Below, piece by piece: positions 29,829 to 43,279 of a stretch of 64,000 bases of DNA. The notes beneath the pieces were generated by a model. It was not told the DNA's origin. It searched no databases and worked only from the letters and a program-made list of their open reading frames with translations. Source of the DNA: Phyllosticta citribraziliensis. Its lineage: Eukaryota. Position numbers and translations under genes: made by a program. The stretch is from contig NW_027117343.1 of the NCBI RefSeq assembly GCF_038025025.1, positions 1,116,001 to 1,180,000 of the forward strand. Reading direction: 5' to 3'. Every line of letters begins with the position of its first letter. The first letter of the stretch is position 1.

Positions 29829-31491
29829 ATGCGAGCGTCACTGCTCCAGGGGCTGGGCTTCCTGGCGCTTCAAGCTATTGCTGTCGATCCCCTTGTCAAA
29901 TTGAACTACGCCTCGTACAGAGGAACACCACTCAAAAACGGAGTCACTCAATGGCTTGGAATGCACTACGCGGCCAACCCAACCAAAGACCTCCGATTCG
30001 CTGAACCAGCCGACATCGATATTGTAAACAAAGAGTACCAAGCCGATACGGTAAGTTGATTCTGAGCATTGAGCAAATGGTTGAGACTGATGGGTACAGC
30101 GACGGCCATCATGCATCGGCGTTGAGAACGAATCCACAGATTCTGGGCACTCAGAAGATTGCCTCTACCTCAATGTGTACGCGCCTTCCGATGCGAAGCC
30201 CGACGCAAAACTCGCCGTCTTCTTCTACATTCAAGGCGGTGGATTTAGCAACCAAGGACAAGCTCCTAATGGGACTAGTCTGGTCACTAGAAGCGACAAA
30301 AGGATGATTGTTGTCACCATTGCCTACCGCGTCGCGGCCTACGGATTTCTCAACGGTGAGCCGTCGGACAAAAAGGGCGAGGGGAAGAATGCATGGAGCA
30401 ACAACAATGGGCTCAAGGATCAGGCCAAAGCATTGAGATGGGTGAAGGACCACATCGAGAGTTTTGGTGGCGATAAGGATCACATTGTCATTGGTGGCTC
30501 CAGTGCCGGTGGCGGTTGTGTCATTCACCATCTAATCAATCCGGAGACCCAAAATTTGGTTGCAGGAGCAATCACCTCTTCAGCCGCTTGGCCAGCCATC
30601 TACGATCGTAAAGATGGGCAGTACCAATTTGAAGAGATTGCCAAGGCGGTAAAATGCGACTCGGATAGCGACAAACTGGCTTGTATGCGCAGAAAGGATA
30701 CCAAGGAGTTCCAAACCGCCATTCACGACCTCGTCCTCCCTTTTCCGGGAGGCAGGGGAAAGCCCCTCTTCATGTACAGTCCTTCTGTCGACGGTGGCCT
30801 CATCAAAGAGAACCCCTGGACGTACTTCGACAAACCAACCATCAACAAGCCGCTTTTGATCGGGAATGACGGGTTCGACGGCCTCGGTTTTACGCCCAAG
30901 TCCATTTCTACGCAAAAGGCAGCCGACGAGTTTGTGCAGAATCAGTACCCAGGCCTCATGGATAAGGACGTCGAGAAGATCCACGACCTTGCGCGCTACA
31001 AGGGCTTTATCAAAGAGAACAAGCACCGCGAGTATGCCGCGCGCCTCTACGGCGACATCCGCTACGCGTGTCCCAATCTGTTCGTGGCGTCGGCGCGCGA
31101 AAATGAGAAACAGCCTATCTGGGGCTATCGCTGGGACGTAGGTACCGCGACGCACACATCCGAAACAGACGCCATTTGGTACGGCACGGCAGAAAATGCT
31201 GCCGGCAGCAAGCCGCCCAGGACAGATGCACACCATGACGCGGCACGGAAACAAGTTCACGCGTATTGGGTGTCCTTCATCACCGAGCTGGACCCTAATC
31301 CCAAGAAGGAGCCGGACGCTCCAACGTGGGACAAGGCGTATAAGGGCGCCGGCTTGATCGGCGACGCTGCTATCCAGAGATTGTTGTTTACGGACCACGG
31401 CGGGCCGCCAACGACTATGGAGGCGGTGGGCCAGGAGATGGCGGAAGCGTGTGCGTTTCTGAAGGGTCTTGGTGCGCAGATGAAGCAGTGA
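29829..31491 (+). CDS. Secreted type-B carboxylesterase/lipase
   Basis: Signal-like MRASLLQGLGFLALQAIA; SEDCLYLNVYAP, IQGGGF, GLKDQAKALRWVKDHIESFGGD, nucleophile GSSAGG, ATHTSE. Intron 30051-30099. Confidence 0.92.
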
Positions 31492-33214
31492 GCGTGTCGT
31501 TGACGTCGTGCTTGATAGTAGGGCGTCGTCAACGGAACGGTCGTGGGCGCGAGACGAAAACGACGACAACAATGTTCACGACCAACACGATGATGATCAA
31601 AGGAAGACTTCGGGCCAGCAGCGCCGCGGCCGCGCCTCTTGGGCCCTCGCGACCTCGATCTTTGCGTCCTCGTCGGCTCTCAGACGATGTGGTGCGCCAT
31701 GTCTCTCGCAACGCTTTTTATTCCACAACTCTCCAAACAACTCTGCTCCGCCCTTCTCACAACACTTCTTTCATGTCCTGGAAACAAAACTCTTCGCCTG
31801 TAACCTCAGCCGCCCACCATACCAATCTCCTTCCACCTCTCGGCGATGACACTAGGTGCCAACAGGCCTGCGACAGGGAGAGGCCGCGTCCACGGGCGAT
31901 CATCCCCATCATGGTCTTCGGCACCGCAGCCGTCTTCCTCGTAGGCTCAAGCCTTTGTTTTTTAAGCTTCTGTCCCCCATTCAACACGATGAGGCGGTTC
32001 AATTGACGAATCTTTCCGTCCAATTCGACTCCCTTTCTGCATCACCACCGAGCCAAGATCATACCCGCCTCTCATTTCCCTCCGACTACCCATTCTTCAC
32101 CACCTCGACATTGCGCCCGTCTGTTCTATACCTTACCTTCACACTGTACTGTATTCCTTTGGTCGTATTCTTATCACCCATCTTGGCCCCATCCGTTCGA
32201 CCACGCGGCCCTTCGACCGGTCGAGGGCGATTGATCGAGCGAGAGCGGGCAAGCATCGTTTCCGTCGTTGTACATACACTTCTAGAGCGATGATGACTAC
32301 CCAAGAGATTCTTACAATGCAATTTTTTCATGACATGTTTCGAAGGGGATGCGATCGTATGCAAGCTGGCGTGTGATGATCTGTGTGGTCCGGGAAGGTA
32401 GAGGGCATGGGCACTGGCCTGTTGCGTCCGAGTCTGCAACAGCTCGTGAGCCTGGTAAGGTGCAAAACCAGAGGAGCTATTGAGTTCACTGGGTGTGCGG
32501 AATTCGTAACAGTGTCGGTCACTGTTGTTTAGGTTTCACAAAGTCAGAGCTCGATTGGTCAGTGCACAGGATACAAACAAACACCGTCGACGCATACACG
32601 GCCAAGTCGGTCACGGTCCAACAGTGAGCAAGGCTGGAAACACCTCCAGCCTACGGTCCCGGTCCAAACAAGTCGAAACCGAGAAAAGCGGAGGCTGGGA
32701 AAGGGCGACCAGGGCAACCCCTCAAACGAAACGCACGTGGCGGGCACAAGCAGGCAGGCTCTTTCAGTAGCTCCAAGCGAATTAGTAACTAACTACATGT
32801 TGAACTAAGGGGAAGAAAAGTCGGGGAATAGTTTGAGAAGGCGAAAAAGGAGAAACAAAGCGGACGGCCCAGAACTGCATGTAGTCGAGTTTTTGGGTGT
32901 GTCCATGTTGGCCGCGGAGAATAAAGAGGCTGGACGAATGCCGACATATGAAACAGGAAAGGAAGGACCAGCGTTTTGCTACTAGAACGCATGATAAGCA
33001 AGTGGAAGACCTCCCTCCTCTCCCGATGAAAGAGTTGTGAAGATGAAGAATCCTGATGAAAAAGCTGCCTCTTGCTCCGTCCGCTGCGTTAGAAAAGTTT
33101 TGTCGTGTTCCTCGACAGAACACCGAGCCTCGAATGGAGTAGTGCCGCGGCTCCAAAGCCAAAGAAAAAGCCAGTGCTGGTATACCCTTCGCATTACAAC
33201 TTGCATATTGCCGT

Positions 33215-34672
33215 TTAAGCCTCCTCGGTGACGTCGACCTCGGAGGCACTGAGCGCCTGGCTCTGCTCTCGGTGCATCCGTGCCTCGATCTCCTTGAGCT
33301 GGCTCTCGCGGGCCAACAGCTCCTGTCGCTTCTCCTGGATTTCCCGTTGCACCTTGACTTCGATCTCGCGGAGCTTCTCCTCCTCGCGGCGCAGTTGCTC
33401 CTCCTTCAAGCGGACGGATTGGGAGGCCAAGTCTTCGGGGTTCATGGACGAGTCGCTAAGGAATGTTGTTAGTAATCGATTCAAAACACCAGAGTCTTGG
33501 GAGACATACGCAGCAGCACCACCCTCGACGCTCTTGGAGAGCTTCTCGGTACGGTAGTTTTCGTAGAGGAAGTCGTGGGTAATTTCCTTGAGGTCTGCCA
33601 AGTGGCTGTGCAGAAGTGCGCTCCTAACGGCCAGGAAATCCGAGTGCCGAGGGTTTTCAACCTCGACGATGCCCCACGGGTATTGCCTAGCGCGAATCTT
33701 CTTGCCGCCCGCTTCGACGAAGTCCTCGGAGCCAACGACGGCGAATGGTAGCAATCCCCTGAGTTCGGCGTTCTCTTCGACGGTGTCCTCGTCGTCCTCT
33801 TCGACGTCGTACGGGAAGTTGTAGATCGGGATGCGGTAGTGTTCAATGTCTTCCATGACAAGCTTCTTGAATTCGGCGAGTTCAGCAGGAGTGAATGAGT
33901 CGGCCTTGCCAATGACGGGAATGACGTTGACGCGAGGGGAGAGACGCTTCATCAATTCGATGTCAAGCTCGCGCAAGCTATTGGCAGGGTCAGTATCGCA
34001 CTAAAACGCGGGGTGCAGCTCAACTTACCCGTGGCCGGTAGGGGTGATGAAGTAGAGAAGGACGTGGACGCGATTGTCACGGAAACGAGGGTTGCGCTTG
34101 ATGCGCGACTCTTCGGCCAGGATGTCGTCGTATTGACGCTCGAGGTAGCCAACGATTTCGGAGAAGCTGGCCTCATTGTCGATCTGGTCGCCGAAGCCGG
34201 GCGTATCAACGATTGTGAGGGAAATGCGGCTGCCCTCCTCATCGAGCTCTGGTTGAGACGCTTAGCATGTCACTCGAAGGGGGGATGCAATGGGCACGGA
34301 CCGACGGTGATTGGCTTTATCCGGACGCCCTCCTCGATGTGGGCATTGGTCGGGTCGTCGACGTCCTTGTGGTGAAGGACATTCTGGCCGCAGAGAGTGT
34401 TGACGAAAGTGGTGCGACCTAGACGCGTGGGTCGGTGTCAGAAACACGGCGAGAGGGTGCATGAATAGATGCGACGCGGGCAGACGTACCGGTGCCCGAT
34501 GCACCACAGACCATCAGGCAGAACTGGATACCCTTCTTGACATTCTTCTTTCTGCGGATCTTGATCTGGACGGCACAGACGTCAGCGACACGAGGGCAAC
34601 GAGAGAGGCGCAAGCTGAGGTTGTGGTGGAGAGCAGGGATAGTCGTACGGCGTTCATGCTGGGCGATGACAT
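33215..34672 (-). CDS. CDC11: Septin, Cdc11/AspA class
   Basis: MSSPSMNA-IKIRRKKNVKKGIQFCLMVCGASGTG-RTTFVNTL (Arg in the P-loop, typical of Cdc11), DTPGFGD, VIPVIGKAD, RQYPWG, YENYRTEKL. Introns 34648-34566, 34489-34419, 34301-34249, 34028-33978 and 33509-33456. Confidence 0.92.
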
Positions 34673-35125
34673 GAGCTGGCCCGAATGGAGGAATGGGGGG
34701 GGATTGGACGAGAGGAATGCCAATGAGCCGAGGACTGCACTGAGCGAGCGAGCGACTGTCGGCGAGAATTGAGAGTGTCGAGGTGGTCAGAGGAGGGACA
34801 ATTGGGCTGGGCGGGAAGGAGTTGGCCGTGGGAGGTGTGGTTGGTGATGGAAAGGCGTGGAGGTGGACAGTGGACGAGTCGGCGCCTCCTTCCCCCCTAA
34901 TTTCCAGTTCCAAAGGGTCCGTCCGGGAAGCCGCAGTCCAGGGATGCCGCCGCGGCGCCGGAAAAACGTCGCCTTCCGCGCCCAGCCGCATCGGGCCTAG
35001 GCTCTCCCTCCGCTCTCCACGCCCGGCCTGGCTCCGGCTGCACGTTCCTCTGGCCCTTCCTTGGCTTGTGCTTTAACCCACCTTACCTTGCCTAGCTCTA
35101 CCTTACCTCCACCACCGCTCTCCAG

Positions 35126-36449
35126 ATGAACACCCGCGCCGCCATTGACGACTCGCCCTGCCCTACTGCCTTGTCCGTCGCCTTCAACCAGGACTTCTCC
35201 TGCTTCTCCGTCGCCCTCGAAAATGGCTTCCGCGTCTACAGCGCCCCCGCCTGCGAGCGCCTCAAGTCCCGCGATCTTGGCCAAGGCCTGGGATGCGCGG
35301 AGATGCTCGGCAAGATGAACTACCTCGCCCTCGTCGGCGGCGGCAAGAGCCCCAAATATGCCCAGAACAAGGTGCCACGCCTCTCCCAAGCTCCAAACAA
35401 CATTATCTCACTAACCATCCTTCCAGGTCATCATCTGGGATGAGAGCAAGCACAAGGCCGTCTTCACGCTCGAGCTCCGCACGCCCGTCCAGCGCATTCG
35501 TCTGACGCGCTCCTACATCGTCGCCGTGCTTCTCAACAGCATCCACCTCTACAAGTTTTCCTCGCCGCCCGAGAAAATCAAAGAGTTCGAGACAAGCAAC
35601 AACGCGTTTGGTCTTTGTTGTCTGGGCAACGATATCCTCGTCTTTCCTGGCCGCACGCCGGGCCAGGTTCAGGTTGTTGAGCTCGCGACGCGCAACGTGA
35701 GCATCATCCCCGCCCACTCGTCGGCCCTGCGCGCCCTCTCCCTCAGTCCCGACGGCACCGTCATCGCAACCGCCTCTGAGCAGGGCACGCTTATCCGCCT
35801 GTGGTCTGTCGGCAGCTGCGCCAGGCTCGGCGAGTTTAGGCGCGGCATCGACGCAGCCACCATCTTCTCCATCGCCCTCTCTCCTTCCAACGCCTTCTTG
35901 GCCGTCACTTCTGACAAGGGCACTTTGCACATATTCGACTTGCCTGGCCCGCGCAATTCGACATCTTCATCAGACCCGAGCACCCCGCGTCGCCCAAGCA
36001 GCATCAGCAGCGACTTTTCTGGGGCCCTCGAGTCCGGAAATGGTGCTGCAGACCCGCAGGCTACGGGTTCCAAATGGGGCATTTTGGGCAAGATTCCGGG
36101 ACTTCCCACCCTCTTTTCCGACACGTACAGCTCCGCCAAGACAGGTTTCGAGATTGGCGAAGAGCCGGAACTTTGGGCCACCCACACGAAGCGCAACATC
36201 AACACTGCAGCGGTGGCAGGCAGCTCGTCGGCCGCCCCGGGCGCCAAGACGTTGAATTGGAACACACCAATTCAGGGCGTGGCTGGTGGACGTCCTCCCA
36301 AGGGAGTCGTCGGCTGGCTCAACGACTATGAGCTGCTGGTCATCGGTGCTGGCCAAGATGCCAGGTGGGAGCGCTTCAGGATCGGCCTCGCGGACGACGG
36401 TAAGAGGTTCGTAGTCCGTGACGGATGGAAGAAGATCATGGAGCGATGA
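35126..36449 (+). CDS. HSV2: PROPPIN WD40 phosphoinositide-binding protein, Hsv2/SVP1-like
   Basis: AFNQDFSCFSV, NYLALVGGGKSPKY, IIPAHSSALR, ATASEQGTLIRLW, FRRG lipid-binding motif, SDKGTLHIFDL. Intron 35372-35426. Confidence 0.88.
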
Positions 36450-38083
36450 TCTAAGGTCCAGCAAAGGATCACGAGACCGCCCCTTTTCAGAATTCGCTTA
36501 CGTATTTCATCATCGTTTCATAAATTGGCGCAGGCAAGGCGTTTGGCCATCAGGACTGGGAACTCGGACTTGGGGATTTAAAGAACTGCGATATATCACC
36601 TCTTGCGGGCTTGGGACGGCATAGCGGGAGGCGTCGGCGCTCATGTTTTGGACTTTCATCGCCACCATCTCCTTCGAGAAGTTGACTTCCTACGCCATCT
36701 TCCAAACCGACTAACATTTCTCAAAACGTATTTCCTGTTCACTCAAATCCTCACTTGTGGTTGTGATTGAACCGCGGCTCAGATGATGAATCTCCTTTGA
36801 ACCGACAACTTGTCGCCCTTCGATCCTGGATCTAGAGGACACAGTGTCCCCTTGAACTGTCGCTGATGCTCCGTGGGCAAGCATTCCACAACGTCAACTA
36901 CAGTTATTCTCCTTCAGCGTCAGCTGTGCGTGATGCGTCTTAGCGTTGAATTCCTCTTCCTCTTGATTCCAAGGACTTCTGGCGAGGGAGAGCCGCTAGT
37001 CGACTCGACTCCGTGGGACCGAGGGAGGTTCGTGAGTATTTCTTTAAATACAATGTCAGCTGACGTGCCTTTCTAGGAGCACCGGCAAGTAGCAGACATC
37101 ACTCCGCTCCCGATGAGTTATTGCTTTGCACGTGTTAGTGGGATACTCCCAATTCTCAACATGCCACGTTTACGTTGAAAGTTGATGCATCTCAACGATG
37201 CCTTCTTTTCGCTCCTCCAATTCCGCTTATAATTCTACGTCTCTGGCTGAGTTGCGAGTGATAAGAATTTTCAATGAGAAGATAGACAGGGTGAGTATGA
37301 GGTGTTTTAGAAGTGACTGAAGATTCAGCGTCCCAGGTGTCGACATCAAGTCTTCCTACTCTTGGTTGGGTCGTCAAGCTTTCAACGATGGTGGTTCGGC
37401 GAATGTGAGGTGTGTGAAATCGCTGAGGCGGCACATTGCGCAAAATCAGGGAAAGCCATCAACGGCTGTCGACAATAAGACGGGACAGGCTCGGAATCGA
37501 GAGAAGCGGAGATCTTTGGTCTCGTTTGAGCTTTCTCACCTGGCGCTTCATATTTGCGCGAAACTCCAAAGACTGTTGGTCCCGCTCCTCTCCGGTCCTC
37601 CAGTTGTGTGCCAACACCAAAGTCCAGTATGCTGATCCACTCGATTCCCTCGAGGCTACAATTGATGAAGTCTCGGTCTCATGGGTTTCACACGAGGCTG
37701 CTGCTTCCTTTGGAGGTGTCTGATATTGGTCACGTTAGTCAACACCAACAACCTTGTCTGAAAGGAGTCAAACAGTCCTGGCGCCTATCACCAACATCTC
37801 CGCTCAGTCGATTGCACAAGTCATCCAACCAGGAGCACAAAGCTGGTTACAACTTCTTTGATTGTAGCAGAGATCGGGAGAGGCAGGAAAATGGCTTGTG
37901 GTGATAGATCTGCTGAAAACAATTAGATCCGAGACGGTCAGGGGCGGCGTATCGCGCTCTCTACGGCGTGGAGTCAGGCAGCAGAGTTGCAGCTGCAGTA
38001 TCAAGCGGTGTTCTCGGTATAAAGCTGCGGTTTTGACCTGCTGAGGATGACAAGCACAGGTCTCTCTTCTGCGCAACCTCAGT

Positions 38084-39396
38084 ATGGAAGTCGAAACCAA
38101 TACCCTCAACGGGCTTGACGGGGAAATCCGCCAGATCCCTCTGGAGGAGAGAATTGGTAAGGATGAGCCTGGCTTTTGGAGCGAACTTGGACTGCCCATT
38201 GTGAACGGTGCTTGCCACGACGGCGTGAAAACGAAATACCCCTGGATGAAGAGGTGTGTACTCTTTGCTGCGATCACACTGGTGTTTTCCCTCACTTACG
38301 GCTCAATCCCAGGTATCTTGAGAAGGGCAAGTTCGCAGACATGACTGTGTCCGATTCCACGGGGAAAAAGTATCTCGTGCATAAAGTTGTCCTTGGCTCA
38401 GCGAGTTTGGTACTGGCGAAGATGATTGAGGAGTTGTCTGGATGCTCCCAGGTGAGTTTGACAGCATCGCTTCTGAGCGTGAAAAGAGATCGAGCAGCTG
38501 TCTGAACGCTCCCAGATGCATTCAAAACATTGATGCTGAGCACGAAAAGGCTGCTCAATTTTTTCTCGACAAATCGATGAATTTCACTGATAAGTTCCTC
38601 CCAGAGTACCAAGAAGGTGGACCTTGAAATGCATGATCACCGTCCAGAGATAGTCGAACAGGGTCTCTACTTCATGTACAACCAGCATTACTATGAGCCT
38701 TTGGACCTGCGGACCTTCCATGAGCAGCCCCGGCCCAAGCAGGAGGGCGAGGACTTCAGGCCTCGAATCCTGTTCAGCACCGAAGTCCACGCCTTTGCGG
38801 TGTCGTACTACATAAGCCAATTGGAAGAATACGCTCTCAAACAAATCAGTCTCAACTTGCCTCATGAGGCAATCTACTTCCCAGAAGACTTGCCGGGGCT
38901 GCTGCTGCAGATGTGCAAGATCATGCCAGGAGAACAAGCGGGATCTGAAGGCGTTGACCCCAACGGTCTACAGCTCCACAAGGCACTCAGCACCGTCTGC
39001 GCAGCCAAGATCGAATGCTTCCTGAACGACAGCGAATTCAGGACCCGCTATCCCCGCGTTTTTCTCGACGCTGTCAAACATCTGGCAGGAGGAACGAGAA
39101 TTCTGGGTCGACAGTCTCTGCATCTCGACGACAAGGGCGAAAGCTTCTACTCCCAGAACTTCGAGGAAACGGTCTACGCAAACCAGATTGAAATCTTGCT
39201 GAACGACAAGAATTTGCGCATTCAGAACCTGGAGCATTTTTACAACTGCGTCAGGACTCTCGCCCGCCTCAGGTGCCGTTGCACGAGTTGTCGCTATCGC
39301 CTCTACGGTGACAACCGAGTCTTCGACCGCGCCACAAACGAAAGGAGGACTGTGGAAACGTATCTCCAAAGGATGTCGTCCGGACCGGAGCAGTAG
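38084..39396 (+). CDS. Divergent BTB/POZ domain protein 5
   Basis: R-YLEKGKFADMTVSDSTGKKYLVHKVVLGSASLVLAKMIEE...SQ-STKKVDLEMHDHRPEIVEQGLYFMYNQHY...EVHAFAVSYYISQLEEYALKQI. Introns 38254-38312 and 38452-38604. Confidence 0.75.
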
Positions 39397-40115
39397 ACAC
39401 CCCTCTTCTCGATTCCAGTTTCCTGTCAATTCCCGTTCCTGTCTTTCCTTTTCGTCTCCGACCATGCTCTTTATCTCTCGGCGCGTCCCTCGTAACTAAC
39501 CAATTAACAAACAAAACTACGTAAATGGCAGACACACTCATTGGAATACATCAGACCTTTCTGCTCCCCCTGCTGTTCACCATCTGCCCTCAGGTCAATA
39601 TGGTTTATGCTGTGGTGACAAAGACCTCCCCGTCACGCCGACAAGGTCGATCTCAAATCCACAGCGTACTTGATCACACAATCCAGTTCAGACAAGTCAG
39701 CAAGTAGAAAAGCACGGAAGAGGCTGTAGGGGGTACCGAATATCAGATTAAAAGGCCGACATAACTGCATACAACACGCAGCAATGAATGAAAAACAACT
39801 TCCCCTTCTCCCTTCGTCCCATCCGTTCCACCAGCCAGCCCATCGACGCAGCAAAAGAATTGGACAGGGCGCGCAAACGGTGGGATTGTAAGCAATTACT
39901 CAGCAGTAACCAAGCGCTCCTACAAATAGTCTCCAAACAAGCAAGAATCTATGCATTTCAACATCGCCATCTCCAACTCGCATACCGGGGCTGCATCAGA
40001 AGAACGTTGTCCTCTTTGCCCGCGTCATCATATTCGGACAGGGAATGATGTCGCAGACCGCCGGAGAAATGTCTCTCCAACATGCAGTCCGACCATTCAT
40101 GAGCGCAACTGGTCT

Positions 40116-41910
40116 CTAGCTGCGACTTTCGCGTTCCAGCTGCGCCTCAAGGCTGCCAAACAAGTCGATCTCGTCGTTTCCGTCCTTTTCCTGCTTCGGG
40201 GCCGCCTGCTGCTCTTCTCCGGCACCACCAGCTTCCTCAGCCTGCGGCTCGGTTCCCTCTGGAGGCGGCTGGTCGTTGGTGGTGGTGTTGGTGGTGGTGG
40301 TGTTCTCAGACGGAGCGGGAGCATCAGGCGCAGGCTCAGGCGCAGGCTCAGGCGCTGGCGCTGGCGCAGGCACATCAGCCGTCTCCGTCGTCTCCTTGAT
40401 GCCGCCTTCGCACTCGCCAGCTGCGGCATCTTCGCCTTGAGTTTGTGTCGAGTCTTGACCCTCGTCGGGCTCCTGCAGAGGCGTCCCCTCGCCTTCACCC
40501 TCTTCAATCTTGACATCCTGCGCGCCTTGTTCTTGGTCGCCGCCCGCATTGTCCGGTTTTTCCTCACCAGCACCACCCTCTGCGCCCTCGGCCTCATTTG
40601 AAGGTTGATCTGGAGCTGGCGCCGCACTCCCAGCCCTCGCGCTCGCACTTCGGCTTTTGGTTCGCTTGGCTGGTGGTGGCGTTGCAGTCTCGGCTCCCGG
40701 CGCATGCGACTCTCCGCGTGCTGCTGAAGCGGAGCCTTGACGACTGCTCGAAGTGCCACCGTTTTGCGTCGATGCGGCCAGGGGCAAATCCGGGGAGCTG
40801 GACTGGCCACGAACCTCGGGCTGTTCCGCATCGATAGCATCGGCGGGGCGTTTCTGGGGAACGATTGGGCCGCCTGGAGCGGACTGCTGCTGATCCTGGG
40901 GTTCATTAGGTGGAGCAGGTGGAGCAACGTCTTCGTTTTTGGGAGTGTTGTTTGCATTCGCGGCGGCAGGTGTGGGTGACATTTCACCCTCATCGCGATC
41001 ATCCTCGCTGTCGCTGCCATCTTCGCCCTCCTCGCCTTCGTCGTCATCTCCATCGTGCATAGGCGTGTCCTCACCCGTCGCTGGTGTGCCCTCTTGCTTT
41101 ATGTGCGGCTCGCCACCCTCGGTGCCCGAGGCTGTACCCGCAGCAGGGTCGCCAGGTTGGAACATGACTTTCTTACGACCACGACCAGGGCCCTTCTTTG
41201 GCTTTCTGCGAGGGGGCGGGGGACGTCGGCGAGGAGGCGTGGATTGTAGGAGATCGTTGGCTACCACGATGCCTTCGGAGTTTACTACCCCAACGCCCTC
41301 AACTACGGTACCAGGAGCGGCTTCTTCGGGTGCGGCCTCTTTCATCTCGACGTCTTCTTCGACTATTTCGCCCTCGACTCGGTGGCCTTCTGGCACCAGG
41401 ACTTTGTAGACGTGGATGCTTCCGTCGGCGTCGGTACGTTTGACTTTAGTTTCCCTCATAGGGACATTGGCGGGGGCTCCGTTGCTGGTACTTCCGGTAT
41501 ATGCAGAGGGCAGTCCTTTTCGCCGCTTGGCCAAATATTCTGGTTCAGGTTCTTCGACATTGCGCGGGACCTGGCTCCACTTCTTGGCAACGAAGCCCAC
41601 GCGCGCTTCTTTTGGCTCTTCGCCCTCCTCGCCCTCCTTTTCCTTCTCTTCCTCCTCGGGTGGAGTGGGGAGCTTGTACAGCGTGCCTGCACGGGCTGCA
41701 CGTAGTAATAGTTGAGAATGCTCGGGTAATAGTTGTGAGTCACGAGGCATGGGGGGCTCTGGCCACCCGTCTTTTGACCGTGACTCTTGGATTGCAGCAG
41801 TTGATGGGTCGACTACTGTGTCGGCTAGTCGCCATTGGCGAACGGGTAAGCCCTCGAATACATCATGGTCGATCTGGGTACGACCTGAGCGGTTGGAGCG
41901 ACCACTCGGC
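40116..41910 (-). CDS. Conserved uncharacterised acidic/low-complexity protein (first exon not resolved)
   Basis: The exon after the acceptor at 41911 reads PSGRSNR...DHDVFEGLPVRQWR...PMPRDSQLLPEHSQLLLRAARAG...KKWSQVPRNVEEPEPEYLAKRRKGLP, with an NLS-like RRKPKKGPGRGRKK and C-terminal DLFGSLEAQL. Confidence 0.7.
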
Positions 41911-43279
41911 CTAAACTATTGATAGTCAGCACCCGCATAACTTGTTTTTATTCGGCTGAAGAAAGCTGCTCGAGGTGCAAGGATATCTTCGCAACGTCTG
42001 GTAATCTGGATTGCTGGGGAAGGTATCAACTGTCCATCGGAGGGCGTCCAGAGAGAATGACATCGGGTTTTGGGTGCTGCTGGCAGCACTCTAGCGGTTC
42101 AGAGAGTTTCCAAATGCAGGGCAGCTTCTTGAATGTGCAAGCGCTAATATAACTCGGGCTTGTTGAGGCAACATTGACTCGCCCAAGTTCCTGACAGTCC
42201 TCTACGCTCAGCTGTGACACAAGGCGATGTGCAACACCTCATACCAACTGCAAGGTAGGCTCAATGACTCACAATGGTCTGCAGCGCTCGTGATAGAGGC
42301 TGACTGCACGACTGCTCGTCCAAATTGCTGACGCGTAGAGGACGTACTCCTGGATAAAGGTATACAACTTCTCTGGACGTGAAACGAAGGGCTGCTCCGT
42401 ATCCAGACAGATCCAGAAGCGTGAAAAAAAAAATCGGCGTACGGAATTGACAGAGGAGATGATATGGAACGGAAGCCCCCAGAGTATGCGAATTTCGACA
42501 AGAACGAAAGATTTCGCAATAGTTGAAATAATGAATACGGGAAGTTGACGGGGTGGAAGCAAACTCGCTGATCCAATGGAGGAGCGCGTGAAGGGATGAA
42601 GACAGCAGGCTTGATGCACCCCAGGGAAAGTAAACAGTCCAGGAGTAGGCAGATTTAGATAAAAGACGATTTCGCGATGTTCCTCGGCGGGGCAAGAGAC
42701 TCGGGAAGGAGAAGGTCGCAACTTACGGGCGCCATTTGCTAGATGCAATGTCGTAGTGGAGCCCCTTGCGGCGCGCAATGGATGACGTAAGTAACGAGAT
42801 TTGAGAAAAATAATGGCGGCTGAGGGAGCAGGTGAGCGATGGTGGGCGCAAGGAACTCGGAGTTGATCGCACGTGTCGTTGAAGGTGTTGGGTGTTCCGT
42901 TGCGCGCGCGGCGGTTCCCTTCGGCCTCGCGGCTCGAAAGCTGCGGCCTTGGCCCGTGCGCCGCGCCCTGACTCAGCTCTCAGCCTGCCATTCCACTACG
43001 AGAGCCCACAATCTTTGGATCGAGTGTTGCACTGCACTTCACGGCTGGTACGTAGTTCAGGTACCCAAAACAAGACGACTTTTGCCATGCATACATTAAT
43101 CGAAAACCTATGTACTCCTGCGCCGTCCAACTGAATCTTGATACAGTCCGCGTGTAGTGAGGTCAACGAAGCCTGCACACGAACCGAGCTCCGTTGACAG
43201 GCACGTCTTTGGAATTTGGTGCCTGTCAAAAATGTAGCACCCAAACACTCGTCCAGATGTGTTTTGTCCGTACACAACT

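Noticed and set aside
36933..37178. Small spliced ORF suggested by GTGAGT...GCTGAC...CTAG near 37032-37076
   Set aside because: The product is short and motif-free; could be UTR or noise.
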